Assembly: GCA_963725665.1 (NCBI GenBank)
Contig: CAVRZA010000006.1
Location: 352,001 to 416,000 of the forward strand
Length of the DNA stretch: 64,000 nucleotides
Direction: 5' to 3'
From: an uncultured Actinomycetes bacterium
Lineage (GTDB): Bacteria; Actinomycetota; Thermoleophilia; UBA2241
In this document: piece after piece, positions 39,848 to 49,738 of the stretch
How positions within the stretch are numbered: position 1 is the first letter of the stretch
Layout: every line of letters begins with the position of its first letter
Notes under the pieces: generated by a model
Seen by the model: the letters and a program-made list of their open reading frames with translations, nothing else
Databases searched by the model: none
Told to the model about the DNA's origin: nothing
Program-made: the position numbers and the translations under genes

Positions 39848-41337
39848 GCGCTCCCACCCTGCGCCGCGAGCTTCGCCTCGATGTCGGCGAACTGCGCCGC
39901 GATCCACTTGTCGACGCTGTTGCACGCCACGACGGCGCGGATCTGCTCGGCCATCGCTTTGCGATCGCGTGTCGGCATCGTCAGCGCCCGGTGGATCGCC
40001 TGCGCCTGCTCCTCTATGTCGAACGGGTTCACCGGGACGCAGAACGCGGAGAGCTCCTCGAACGCTCCGGTGTTCTCGGAGAGGATGAGGACGCCGTGGC
40101 GGCGGTTCACGATGGCGCCTTCCTTGGCTACCAGGTTCATGCCGTCGAAGATGGCGTTGACCATGAGCGCGTCGTAGTTGCGGTACGCGGCCAGCGTGGC
40201 AGGAAAGTTGTCCTGGATGCGCAGGTCGATGGGCATCCAGTCGGTCGTCCCCTGCTTCGTGTTGACCTGCTCGACCGCGCGCAGTACACGCGCCCGGTAC
40301 TCCACGTACTCCTCGACGTCCTCACGCGAGGGCTGCAGCAGGGCGAGGAACGTGATGCGCTCCTTGAACTCGGGGTGCAGATCGAGGAAGCGGTCGAAGG
40401 CGAGAAAGCCGCGGATGATGTTCTTCGACAGGTCGAGACGATCGACGCGCACGAGCAGATAGTCGCGCCGACGCGACTGGAGCTCGCGCTCCTCCGACAG
40501 CACGCGCCGGTCCTCTGCCGGCACCTCGAGCGTCTCGGGGTCGATCGACACGGGGTACGCGCGTACCCAGACCTCGCGGTCGTGTAGAAGGACGGCGCGC
40601 CGGCGCAGGTCGACCTCGAGGTCGAGCAGCTCGGCGCAGCAGCGCAGGAAGTTGTCGACGTAGTGACTCGTGTGGAAGGCGACGATGTCGTTGGCGAGGA
40701 GACCGTCGAAGACCGATTCGCGCATCTCACGAGGGAGTATGCGCCAGTAGTCCGACTGCGCCCAGGGGATGTGCACGAACTGCTGCAGGAACACCCCGGG
40801 TGCGCCACGGCGTACCGTCGACGAAGCCAGGTAGAGATGGTAGTCGTGAACGACGCCGATATGGCGCTCGCCCGCGCCGTCGATCTCGTCGAGCATGGCC
40901 TCGGCGACCATGCGGTTGACGGGGACGTAACCCTCGCGCCAGGCGAGCAGCTCGTTCTCGCGGATGTCGGGATGCCAGCCCAGGTCCCAGAGGTAGTGCT
41001 GGATGAACCACAGGATGGGGTTGGCGACGATGTTGTAGTAGCGGAAGTAGGTGTCCGGATCGGGGGCCACGTAGCGCACGCGGTAGGTGTCGCCCTCGAG
41101 CGTCACGTCGACCGCCTTGCCGCACGCCGCGAGCCGAGCCTCCTCCTCGCTCTGGGCAGTGGCCACCCAGAGCCCAGGGCGCTTGCGCAGCATCGCCGTG
41201 AGGACCGTGACGAGGCCGCCGGCGCCCCGGGTGACGATGGGCTGGCCGGAGGGGTCGTCGTGGAACGACACGGGCCCGCGGTTGGCGGCCACGATGAGCC
41301 GACGCGGCGCGTCCCCGCGCTTCTCGCTCGCCGTCAT
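39844..41337 (-). CDS. otsA: Trehalose-6-phosphate synthase (GT20)
   Basis: ANRGP, GGLV, HDYHL, HIPW, VDRLDLSKNI, DGMNLVAKE. Confidence 0.88.
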   Translation of the reverse strand: MTASEKRGDAPRRLIVAANRGPVSFHDDPSGQPIVTRGAGGLVTVLTAMLRKRPGLWVATAQSEEEARLAACGKAVDVTLEGDTYRVRYVAPDPDTYFRYYNIVANPILWFIQHYLWDLGWHPDIRENELLAWREGYVPVNRMVAEAMLDEIDGAGERHIGVVHDYHLYLASSTVRRGAPGVFLQQFVHIPWAQSDYWRILPREMRESVFDGLLANDIVAFHTSHYVDNFLRCCAELLDLEVDLRRRAVLLHDREVWVRAYPVSIDPETLEVPAEDRRVLSEERELQSRRRDYLLVRVDRLDLSKNIIRGFLAFDRFLDLHPEFKERITFLALLQPSREDVEEYVEYRARVLRAVEQVNTKQGTTDWMPIDLRIQDNFPATLAAYRNYDALMVNAIFDGMNLVAKEGAIVNRRHGVLILSENTGAFEELSAFCVPVNPFDIEEQAQAIHRALTMPTRDRKAMAEQIRAVVACNSVDKWIAAQFADIEAKLAAQGGSA

Positions 41338-41357
41338 CGTCCACCTCCTCCTCGTCG

Positions 41358-41405
41358 GGCGGCCGCGGCGGGGCGGGCGAGAGAGCCCGCCCCGCCGCGG
41401 CCGCC
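41358..41405. repeat. Perfect 21-bp GC hairpin between treT and otsA
   Basis: GGCGGCCGCGGCGGGGCGGGC-GAGAGA-GCCCGCCCCGCCGCGGCCGCC. Confidence 0.8.
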
Positions 41406-41407
41406 TT

Positions 41408-42664
41408 CTATCCTGTGTCCTGCGAGCCCGCGCCCTGCGCGAGCTCAGTGAAGAGGCGCAAGTAGTCGCGCAACAGTCTGGGCGTGAGGAACTCGCGGCG
41501 CACGTGCTCCTTACCCGCCAGCGCGAGGCGGCGCGATCCCGCCGGGTCTTCGAGGATCTCGAGGCACCGTTGCGCACACTCCGCGCTCGAGCTGACGAGA
41601 TACCCGGTCACGCCGTCCTCGATCTGCAATGGGATGCCGCCGACCGCCCCGGCCACCGTGGGCCGCGCCTTCCACAGCGCCTCGCTCACAGTGAGCCCGA
41701 AGCCCTCGCGCGTCGACTTCTGCACGACGACGGCCGCCTGACACTGGAAGGCGTTGATCTCGACACCGCCCACGTTGTCGAGGTTCGAGAGGATGAAGAT
41801 GTCGGGGTCGCCGCCGGCGTACTCGTGCACCCGCTCGAGATAGGTCCACCCCTCGGGGTCGTCGCTCGCCATGGAGCCCACGAGCGCGAGCTGCACCTCG
41901 GGCCGCACGCGCTTCACGGCGCGGTAGGCGTCGATGACTCCCAGCGGGTCCTTCCACGGGTCGAAGCGCGAGACCTGCAACAGGAGCGGCCGCTCTTCGT
42001 CGATGCCGAACTGATGCGTGATGTAGCGCGCGTCCTCACTTGAGAGCACCATGTTCTTGGGCGCCAGGGGATCGATCGCCGGGGGTACCTGCACGAGCGG
42101 GATGCCGATGTCGTGCGGAGCGTAGGAGAGCATCGTGTAGATGGCGCGCTCGTACTCGCGGATGAACCCCAGCAGGTAGTCGTAGAGCTTGGGGTCGGGC
42201 GTCGAGGTGTCGATGTGGCAGCGCCAGATCCAGTGCGGCGCGATGTCGGACGCGGCGAAACGGCGCACGGCCAGCGGCTGCGGGTCGTGGATTACGACGA
42301 AGTCGTAGCGGCGCGAGAGCGCCTGCGCGTTGGCGCGGCACGTCTCCTCGAAGAGGTCGCGCACCTCCGGGGTCACCTCGAAGGCCGCCCCCTGTAGCCC
42401 GTTGTGGTAGCCCTTGGTGACGTTGAAGAACTCGTTCGCAGCCGTCATGACCTGCCACTCGGCGCTCAGGCCGACGTCGCACATGAGCGGCACGAGTGCG
42501 TAGAGGATCTCGGCCACGCCGCCGCCGAACGAGGTGGCGTTCACGTGCAGCACGCGCTTGCCCTCGAGCGGTGCGGCAAGCTCCCGAATCTCGCGATAGA
42601 GGTCGCGAGGGACGATGCTCTGGTAATCGGCCAGCGACTTGCGACCGACGTTCACGTCGCGCAA
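41408..42664 (-). CDS. treT: TreT-like trehalose glycosyltransferring synthase (GT4)
   Basis: HVNATSFGGGVAEIL, IHDPQP, WRCHID, SRFDPWKDP, EGFGLTVSEALWK. Confidence 0.85.
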   Translation of the reverse strand: MRDVNVGRKSLADYQSIVPRDLYREIRELAAPLEGKRVLHVNATSFGGGVAEILYALVPLMCDVGLSAEWQVMTAANEFFNVTKGYHNGLQGAAFEVTPEVRDLFEETCRANAQALSRRYDFVVIHDPQPLAVRRFAASDIAPHWIWRCHIDTSTPDPKLYDYLLGFIREYERAIYTMLSYAPHDIGIPLVQVPPAIDPLAPKNMVLSSEDARYITHQFGIDEERPLLLQVSRFDPWKDPLGVIDAYRAVKRVRPEVQLALVGSMASDDPEGWTYLERVHEYAGGDPDIFILSNLDNVGGVEINAFQCQAAVVVQKSTREGFGLTVSEALWKARPTVAGAVGGIPLQIEDGVTGYLVSSSAECAQRCLEILEDPAGSRRLALAGKEHVRREFLTPRLLRDYLRLFTELAQGAGSQDTG

Positions 42665-42867
42665 AACGAAGACCTCCGGGCGGCGGGAAGGGTCGTAGTA
42701 TTAGACCATGCCGGCACCAGGCCGGGCGAGCCCCGCCTGCGGGCGAGACCGCGGCTCCGCGTCTAGTTGGCGATGGGCAGGAGCGGATGCGCGCCGGCGG
42801 CGCGAGAATCGTCGCCCTGTCGGACAGTGGACGCTGGCGGGCGAGGACACGAGGGAGCGTGAGACGC

Positions 42868-43626
42868 ATGCGGCTGCAGAACAAGGTGTGCATCGTGACC
42901 GGCGCCGCCTCGGGAATCGGCCTGGCGACGGCGCAGCGCTTCGCGCAGAAGGGTGCCGTCGTGGTGCTGGCCGACATGCGCAGGGCGGCGGCCGCCGAGG
43001 CGGCCGCCGCCCTGCGCATGTCGGGCTTCGCCGCCGTGGAAGCCGAGGTCGACGTCGCCGACGAGAGCTCGGTGGCGGCCCTCTTCGAGGACGTCATCGA
43101 GGCGCATGGGCGCATCGACGTGCTCGTGAACTGCGCCGGCATCGAGCTCACGAAGACGGCGGCCGAGACGTCGCTTGCGGAGTGGCGGCGCGTGATCGAC
43201 GTCAACCTCACCGGCACCTTCCTCTGCTGCCGCGAAGCCGTTCGCTGCCTCGGCAAGCTCGGCGGCTGCACGATCGTCAACGTCGGATCGGAGCTGGCCA
43301 TCGTCGGGGCCTCGGAGATGGCCGCGTACTGTGCCTCGAAGGGCGGCGTGCTCCAGCTCACTCGAGCCCTCGCCATCGACCACACGCGCGACGGTTTCCG
43401 CGTCAACTGCGTCTGCCCAGGACCCGTCGCCACACCGCTCCTCGAGAGCACCATCGCGGCCTCGCGAGACCCTGGGCGCGAACGGCGCGAGATCGTCGAC
43501 GACACGCTCGTCGGTCGCGTCGGGACACCCGCTGAGATCGCCGGGGCCATCCTGTTCCTGGCCAGCGACGACTCCTCGTACGTCGTCGGCGCCAACTTGG
43601 TCGTCGACGGAGGGACGACGACGTGA
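42868..43626 (+). CDS. Short-chain dehydrogenase/reductase
   Basis: TGAASGIG, VNCAG, YCASKGG, NCVCPG. Confidence 0.93.
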   Translation: MRLQNKVCIVTGAASGIGLATAQRFAQKGAVVVLADMRRAAAAEAAAALRMSGFAAVEAEVDVADESSVAALFEDVIEAHGRIDVLVNCAGIELTKTAAETSLAEWRRVIDVNLTGTFLCCREAVRCLGKLGGCTIVNVGSELAIVGASEMAAYCASKGGVLQLTRALAIDHTRDGFRVNCVCPGPVATPLLESTIAASRDPGRERREIVDDTLVGRVGTPAEIAGAILFLASDDSSYVVGANLVVDGGTTT

Positions 43627-44441
43627 CTCGACGCCGACCGGCCGACCCTCACCCCGCCGTCGAAGGAGCCGCAGCACTGAGCACGCCGGGCGCAGAGGTC
43701 TCCGGAAGCAGCCGCGAAGCGCCGCCGCAGCGGCTCACGATCGAGAGCGACGGCCTCGCCCTGGCCGGGTTGCTCTTTGCTGCGCAGGGTCCCGTGGCCG
43801 GCGCCGTCCTCGTCTGTCACGGCGCCGGGAGCCGCAAGGAGAACCACACCGACTTCGCCGCCTACGCGGCGAGCCGCGGCCTGGCAGCCCTGGCCTTCGA
43901 CTTCAGGGGACACGGAGAGAGCGCGGGCGCAGCCGACGATGCCATGGACCGCGACGTCGTCGCCTGCGCCCGCCGCCTGATCGACGAGAGCGGAGCCCTC
44001 TGGGTGGCGGCGCGCGGCTCGAGCATGGGCGGCTACCTCGCCCTGCATGCCGCCGCCGGCTCACCGGGTCTCTTCTCAGCGGTGGTTGCCATCTGTCCGG
44101 CGAGCGAGGAGGCCATGCTCGGCGGCCTCGATGAGCTCGACGACATGGTCGCCCGCGGTGATCCCGACGCCGATGCCTATGGCCGCTACGACAGTCGGCG
44201 CATGCGCGCCTTCTACGGAGAGAACGAACTGGCACGGCGCGTGGCCGGCATGGGCAACGTCCTCCTCGTGCACTGCCGCGATGACGATCTCGTTCCTTTC
44301 GCGCACAGCCAGCGCCTGCTCGCGGTGCTTGCTCAACCGAAGCGACTGCTGGCGCTACCGTCCGGCGGCCACGGCGGGGCGCAGCACGATCCCCTCGTGC
44401 ACGAGGCCTCTATCGATTGGATCCTGAGAGCGGCCGACTAG
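43623..44441 (+). CDS. Alpha/beta-fold hydrolase
   Basis: HGAGS, FDFRGHGES, GSSMGG nucleophile, DDLVP, GGHG. Confidence 0.88.
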   Translation: MTRRRPADPHPAVEGAAALSTPGAEVSGSSREAPPQRLTIESDGLALAGLLFAAQGPVAGAVLVCHGAGSRKENHTDFAAYAASRGLAALAFDFRGHGESAGAADDAMDRDVVACARRLIDESGALWVAARGSSMGGYLALHAAAGSPGLFSAVVAICPASEEAMLGGLDELDDMVARGDPDADAYGRYDSRRMRAFYGENELARRVAGMGNVLLVHCRDDDLVPFAHSQRLLAVLAQPKRLLALPSGGHGGAQHDPLVHEASIDWILRAAD

Positions 44442-44990
44442 AAGGCTTCGCGTGACGGCGGCAGCAGCTCGCTCTGTCGCTCCGCGAGGCCCAGGCGCCG
44501 CAGTCGCAGCGACATCGCCGCCACACTGACCTCGAAACGGTCGGCGAGACGGCGCGCGTCGGCGCCGTCTTCGAGTACGGCGTGCCGCACGAGGTGTTCG
44601 GGCATGAGCAGCTCGGCGGCGAACGCGTCGGCCTCGCGCTCCCGGGCGCGCATGGCCTCGTTGACAGCCCCGCCGCGCTCGTAGCGAGCCTGCACCTGGG
44701 TGAAGCACGAAGTGGCCGATCTCGTGCGCGATCGAGAAACGGCGACGACGCTCGCCGACGTCGCTCCTCACGCTGACGGCGAAGCCGTCGCCGAGCGGCG
44801 CCAGGGCGGCCTCACACGAGAACGGCTCGCGGTCGGCCTCGACCAAGGAGAGGTTGAGGGCGCTGACGACATCGCGCAACGAGACGGGCTCGTGTGTAGC
44901 CCCCGCTGCCTCTAGCAGCCGCTCCGCCTCACGGCGGAGAGCATCGCGTGTCCGGCTCGCCATGGTCTTCATGAACTCCCTGACCAGCAT
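44438..44990 (-). CDS. ImmA/IrrE-family metallopeptidase, frameshift near 44695
   Basis: RRRFSIAHEIGHFVLH in ORF 44355..45143; EREADAFAAELLMP...LADRFEVS in ORF 44438..44695. Confidence 0.85.
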
Positions 44991-45152
44991 GCTACCACCC
45001 CCCGCGAAGCCGTCGGCAAGCCCAGTATCGTTGCCCTCGAAGGACCTGTAAACGAAGAGCCGTCGCCGCGTTGGCGACACGACCGCCCAGGGCAGCCACG
45101 GCGGCGCCGGCGCGCTGCCGGTGCCCGCCTTCCGGTCCGGCACCCTGGCGGA

Positions 45153-47135
45153 CTAACCGATCCCGATCAACGCGTGATTGACGGCGCCACCCACCAGCAG
45201 AGCGAGCGCGACGGTCCCCAGGCTGATGAGCGCTGCGTTGCGCCGCCCGAGCTCGCGCGCCAGCATAGCGACCGTGGCGACACAGGGTATGTAGATCGCA
45301 CTCACGAGGGCGAAGGTCACGATCTGGTCGGCCGTCATGAACTGGCGCAGATCGCTGGCGGCGGTGCCGTAGGCGGCGACGGCGAACACGACCAGAAGTT
45401 GCAGGGCAAGCTCCTTGCGCAGCACGGCGAAGATGAGAGCGATGCCGGCGACGAGGGGCAGTCCCAGCCACCAGCCGACGACCGGCTCGAGAACGGGGCT
45501 GGCACGGAAGATGAGGCCGGTCTCGTAGAGCGCTCCGAGCGCCATGCTCCCCAGCACGATGATAGGGGCCGCCGTCCACACGAACTCGCGAAACCGGTTC
45601 CATGTCTTACGCGACACCACGCGCAGTGAGGGCCGGCGCAGCGGAAAGACCTCCATGATGAGCGCGCTCGGCTTGCCGGGCAGGAATCGGTTGAGCAGCA
45701 CCCCGGTCGCGACGCCGATGAGGAACAGCACCGCGTAGACAAACAGCGCCCACTGCCAACCCACGAGAAGCGCGACGGCGCCCATGATCACCGCTGTGCG
45801 CGCACTGCACGGCGTCAAGGTGACAAGCGTCGATGCGATCACGCGCTCGCGCATCGTGGGCAGCGCTCGCGTGCCCAGGATCGCCGGGACGTTGCATCCC
45901 GCACCGGCGACCAGCGGGATGACGGCCTGCCCGTGCAGGCCGAAGCGGTGCATCACACGATCGGTGAGGAAGGCGGCAGCATTCATGTACCCGGAGTCCT
46001 CGAGCAGGGCGAGGATGAAGTAGAAGGTGAGGATGTACGGGATGCCCACGGCGAGCGCCGCCAGGATGCCCCCGTTCAGTCCCCACAGGATGCTGCTTGA
46101 GACGACGTTGTGGCCCAGAAGACCGTACACCGCGGCCTCTATGGCCGGTCCCGGCGCGGCTTGCCAGAGGGCGGTCAGCCACGTCGAGAGGAGATCGCCA
46201 ACGACGAACAGGACGACGAACACCGCGGCAAGCACAGCGCCCAGCAGGGGAAGGCCCGTCAGCGGCGAGGTCGCGAATCGCCAGAGCCTGTCTCGACGCG
46301 CCGTCTCCGTCTGTGAGACCACGCTGCGCGCGAGCGCGCGAGCGGCGTCGTGCCGCTCGCGCGTCACGCGCAACGACCACCCGTTGCTCTCGGGTCCTTC
46401 GGGCACCGGCTCGACGGCGCAAGAGACTTCGTCGATGTGCTCCAGGAGGGCGAAAGCCACGGCACGCGGAGAGAGCCCGAAGGGCGGCGGCTCACCCGCC
46501 GGCCCCGCGAACCGCTGCTCGACCAGGGTCACTTCCTCCTCGATCTCTTCGGAGTAGCGGCGGCCTCTCCGCGGCGTGTCGGCGGGCCGCTGGGCGACCT
46601 CGAGCAGTCTCGCCTTCAGCTCCGACACTCCCTCCCCGGTCGATCCCACAGTGGGGACGACTGGTACCTCGAGCACCCTCGCCAGCGTCTCGACGTCGAT
46701 CTCCAGCGTCCGGCGCCGGGCCACGTCCATCAGGTTCAGGGCGACGACGACCGGAAAACCGAGGTCGAGCAGCTGCAGGACGATGTACAGGTTGCGGGCC
46801 ACGTTCGTGGCGTCGACCACTACCGCGACCACGTCCGGGTGATCGACCAGCAGGTGACGGCAGGTCGACCTCTGGTCGTCTCCACGTACTCCCCCGGCGC
46901 CCATGTCGTAGGTCCCGGGGAGATCGACGATCCTCATCGACCGGCCCCCCCAGAGAGCCTCCTGGGCCGTCGCGCCGACCGTCATGCCGGCGTAGTTCGC
47001 GGTCTCGACGGTCGCGCCGGTCAGCTGGTTGAAGAGGCTGGACTTGCCTACATTGGGGTTACCGGCCAGACAGACGACGAGGGAGTCCCTCGCGGTGCCC
47101 TCAGCAGTGGGAAGGGCGCAGCAGCTCCTGGCCAT
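45153..47135 (-). CDS. feoB: Ferrous iron transporter FeoB
   Basis: GNPNVGKS, DLPGTY, LEDSGY, GCNVPA, PCSAR, YIPCVAT. Confidence 0.95.
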   Translation of the reverse strand: MARSCCALPTAEGTARDSLVVCLAGNPNVGKSSLFNQLTGATVETANYAGMTVGATAQEALWGGRSMRIVDLPGTYDMGAGGVRGDDQRSTCRHLLVDHPDVVAVVVDATNVARNLYIVLQLLDLGFPVVVALNLMDVARRRTLEIDVETLARVLEVPVVPTVGSTGEGVSELKARLLEVAQRPADTPRRGRRYSEEIEEEVTLVEQRFAGPAGEPPPFGLSPRAVAFALLEHIDEVSCAVEPVPEGPESNGWSLRVTRERHDAARALARSVVSQTETARRDRLWRFATSPLTGLPLLGAVLAAVFVVLFVVGDLLSTWLTALWQAAPGPAIEAAVYGLLGHNVVSSSILWGLNGGILAALAVGIPYILTFYFILALLEDSGYMNAAAFLTDRVMHRFGLHGQAVIPLVAGAGCNVPAILGTRALPTMRERVIASTLVTLTPCSARTAVIMGAVALLVGWQWALFVYAVLFLIGVATGVLLNRFLPGKPSALIMEVFPLRRPSLRVVSRKTWNRFREFVWTAAPIIVLGSMALGALYETGLIFRASPVLEPVVGWWLGLPLVAGIALIFAVLRKELALQLLVVFAVAAYGTAASDLRQFMTADQIVTFALVSAIYIPCVATVAMLARELGRRNAALISLGTVALALLVGGAVNHALIGIG

Positions 47136-47143
47136 CGCTGGCT

Positions 47144-47797
47144 CTACGCCTCGACGAAGATAGTGTCGCTCACCTCGCGCCCGAGCGCATACTGCGTCTC
47201 GCCCACACGCACCAGGAGGGGACCCCCAAAGGGCGCCTGACCCTCGACCAGCACCGTGGTCTCCGGCAGCAGGCCGAGCGAGGCCAGATAACGCAGGAGG
47301 TCGGGGCGCTCGTCGGCTATGCACGAGATCAGGGCGGATTGGCCGGGGGGGAGCTCGGTGAGGCGGCGAACGGCCGTCTCGGGCACGGTCCCGTCTTCGT
47401 CGGGGATGACGTGCCCGTGGGGGCAGGTGCGCGGGTTGCCGAGCTGAGCGGCGAGGCGCTCTTCGACCTCGGCGCTGAGGACGTGCTCGAACTTGCACGC
47501 CTCATCGTGGACCTGGTCCCAGGGAAGATCGAGGTAGTCGGACAAGAAGCGTTCGCTCAGCCGGTGACGACGGACGAGTCGGGCCGCCGCGGCCAGGCCG
47601 TCGGGCGTCAAGAGCACCCCGCCGGCAGCGTCACGGGCGACCAGCCCCGCCTGCTGGAGACGAGCCACCATCTGCGAGGCCGACGGGGCGGAGATCCCTA
47701 GCGCGGCGGCAAGACGGCCGATCGTGGCCGTCGACTCGCGCGACAGCTTGTAGATGGCCTCGAGGTACTCTTCCGTGCTCTGGCTGAGCTGGGGCAT
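47144..47797 (-). CDS. DtxR/IdeR/MntR-family metal-dependent repressor with FeoA-like C-terminal domain
   Basis: EEYLEAIY, RRHRLSERFL, EACKFEH, CPHGHVIP. Confidence 0.93.
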   Translation of the reverse strand: MPQLSQSTEEYLEAIYKLSRESTATIGRLAAALGISAPSASQMVARLQQAGLVARDAAGGVLLTPDGLAAAARLVRRHRLSERFLSDYLDLPWDQVHDEACKFEHVLSAEVEERLAAQLGNPRTCPHGHVIPDEDGTVPETAVRRLTELPPGQSALISCIADERPDLLRYLASLGLLPETTVLVEGQAPFGGPLLVRVGETQYALGREVSDTIFVEA

Positions 47798-47822
47798 GTG
47801 AACTCCTTCACGCGACCTTCGT

Positions 47823-47859
47823 GTAGGTTAGCCTACTAGAATGCGTAAGGCAACCTATA
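47823..47859. promoter_or_regulatory. Tandem DtxR/IdeR-like operator
   Basis: GTAGGTTAGCCTACTAGAA and GTAAGGCAACCTATA resemble the TTAGGTTAGSCTAACCTAA box; directly upstream of dtxR-feoB. Confidence 0.6.
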
Positions 47860-48024
47860 TGAATTACGTGAGACGTATCTATCGATATCGTTTTGGCCCA
47901 ACCAGCCGCGACGGACGGTCTCACCGCCGACCGCCTGTTGGCGAACCCCCGCCGCAACTCGTCCGTGTCCCCAATAAGAAGCTCTCTGCCATCGGGCACG
48001 TCTGGAGACGGCTGCTATACTGAG

Positions 48025-49551
48025 ATGCTCATGGACCCCGAGCACACGCGGACCGGTGTGAGACGCGCGGCCTTTGCGGCCGGCGTCGTTGCGACCCTGC
48101 TTCTATGTGCTCTCACTTTCGCCGCCGTCGCCTCGTCCGTCTCATCCGGCGCCGATGCCTACGTCGCCTTCAGCGGCTCGGCCGAGGGAGCCGTCAGCGT
48201 GGCGCCTCCCGACGGCGGCGCCGGCCCGGTGACGTCGTCGCGGAGCAGCGGCGACCTCGCCTACGCCTCCGGGCAGGCGAGCGCCAGCTCCGCCATCAGC
48301 GACGGCGTGCTCGCCTCGCAGGCTGAGGTGTCTCTCGACGGAGTGAGCCTCCTCGACGGCGTTGTGCAGGCCAGCGGCATCCACCTCGTGGCGCAGGCCA
48401 AGGCGTGGGGCGACGGCGTAGTCGGATCGACCGCCGGCAGCTCGGTCAGCGGCCTCATCGTGAACGGCGAGGCCGTGGACTCCAGCCAAGGCACGGTGAC
48501 CATCGACGGTGTGGGTAGCCTCTCGATCCTCGGCCGCTCGAGCGACGGCTCCGGCGCGTCGGCGAGCGCCGACGTCGTAGGCTTGCGGCTGAGCCTTTCG
48601 GCGCCGGCCGCCGGACTTCCGGCCGGCGCCGTGATCGTCGTCGGTCACGCCTCGGCCCGCGCCGACCAGGACACGTGGCGCAGCCTCGTTCCCTCGCCCA
48701 CACCCTCGGCATCGCCCAGCCCATCGAAGTCGCCGAGGCCCTCCCCAAGCTCATCGTCGCGGCCGCGACCCACGCCGCACCCCACGAGGAGCTCGGCCGG
48801 CGCCTCGGCCTCGCCCGCGGCCGCCTTCACCCCCCTCCCGATGCCGGCGCCGGTGATCCTCGCCGACGCGGCGACGAGGTTCCCCGGCGCCGTCTTCCCG
48901 GTGCTCGGCGCCTACACCTACTCAAACGACTGGCTCGCTCCGCGCATCGGTCACCTGCACCAGGGGATCGACATCTTCGCCGCCAAAGGCACGCCGCTCG
49001 TCGCCGTGCAAGACGGCACCGTCGACACGTTGAGCGACTACGGTCTCGGCGGCATCTCGCTGCACGTCACCAACGAACGCGGCGACTACTTCTACTACGC
49101 TCACCTCTCGGGATACGCCCCGGGCGTCCAGGAGGGCATGCCGGTGCGTGCCGGCGACATCATCGGCTACGTCGGCAACACCGGCGACGCCGCGACGACA
49201 CCGCCGCACCTTCATTTCGAGATCCACCCCGCGGGCGGCCCGGCAGTCAACGCCTTCCCCTACTTGGAGGCGTGGCGGGCCCAGGCGCTGCTGAAGGCCA
49301 ACGTGTCCCAGCAGGAGCAGCCGCAGGGCGGCAACCCCGACGGCGCGGATTACTGGAAGCTGCGCAGCCGCGAGCTGGCACAGACATCGACCGAGCCGGT
49401 CCTCGTGCCGCTGCTGACGCCCCTGCATCCAGTGCACCATCACCAGCGCGGCGGAAATGCCGACCCCGTCTCGGGGCTTCCCCTCGTCATCATCAGCGCC
49501 CTGGGCACGGCGGTCCTCAAGCGCTTCCAGTGGGCGGCGCTTCTGCCCTGA
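48025..49551 (+). CDS. Secreted/anchored M23-family metallopeptidase with N-terminal beta-rich domain and Pro/Ser linker
   Basis: Signal peptide, HQGIDIFA, YAHL, HLHFEI, C-terminal hydrophobic tail. Confidence 0.88.
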   Translation: MLMDPEHTRTGVRRAAFAAGVVATLLLCALTFAAVASSVSSGADAYVAFSGSAEGAVSVAPPDGGAGPVTSSRSSGDLAYASGQASASSAISDGVLASQAEVSLDGVSLLDGVVQASGIHLVAQAKAWGDGVVGSTAGSSVSGLIVNGEAVDSSQGTVTIDGVGSLSILGRSSDGSGASASADVVGLRLSLSAPAAGLPAGAVIVVGHASARADQDTWRSLVPSPTPSASPSPSKSPRPSPSSSSRPRPTPHPTRSSAGASASPAAAFTPLPMPAPVILADAATRFPGAVFPVLGAYTYSNDWLAPRIGHLHQGIDIFAAKGTPLVAVQDGTVDTLSDYGLGGISLHVTNERGDYFYYAHLSGYAPGVQEGMPVRAGDIIGYVGNTGDAATTPPHLHFEIHPAGGPAVNAFPYLEAWRAQALLKANVSQQEQPQGGNPDGADYWKLRSRELAQTSTEPVLVPLLTPLHPVHHHQRGGNADPVSGLPLVIISALGTAVLKRFQWAALLP

Positions 49552-49591
49552 GCCGTCGGGTGGCCGAGGGAAGACTGAGGAGTGGGGGGGC

Positions 49592-49667
49592 TGGAGCGGA
49601 TGACGGGACTCGAACCCGCGGTCTTCAGCTTGGGAAGCTGACGCGTTACCAGCTACGCTACATCCGC
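49592..49667 (-). tRNA. tRNA-Gly (CCC)
   Basis: Reverse complement GCGGATG...TCAGC-TTCCCAA-GCTGA...GGTTCGAGTCC...CATCCGC-TCCA folds as a cloverleaf with encoded CCA. Confidence 0.96.
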
Positions 49668-49738
49668 ATCCGGTCGCCTATCTTACACTACCCGGTCGAT
49701 ACGGCAGGCTGCGGGCCTCCGCCGAAGCCGGTCTCACT

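Noticed and set aside
48680-48850. Short repeats in the M23 gene
   Set aside because: They encode a low-complexity Pro/Ser linker, not a DNA repeat array.
49592-49667. tRNA-Gly as an integration site
   Set aside because: No integrase and no duplicated tRNA 3' end was seen in the window.
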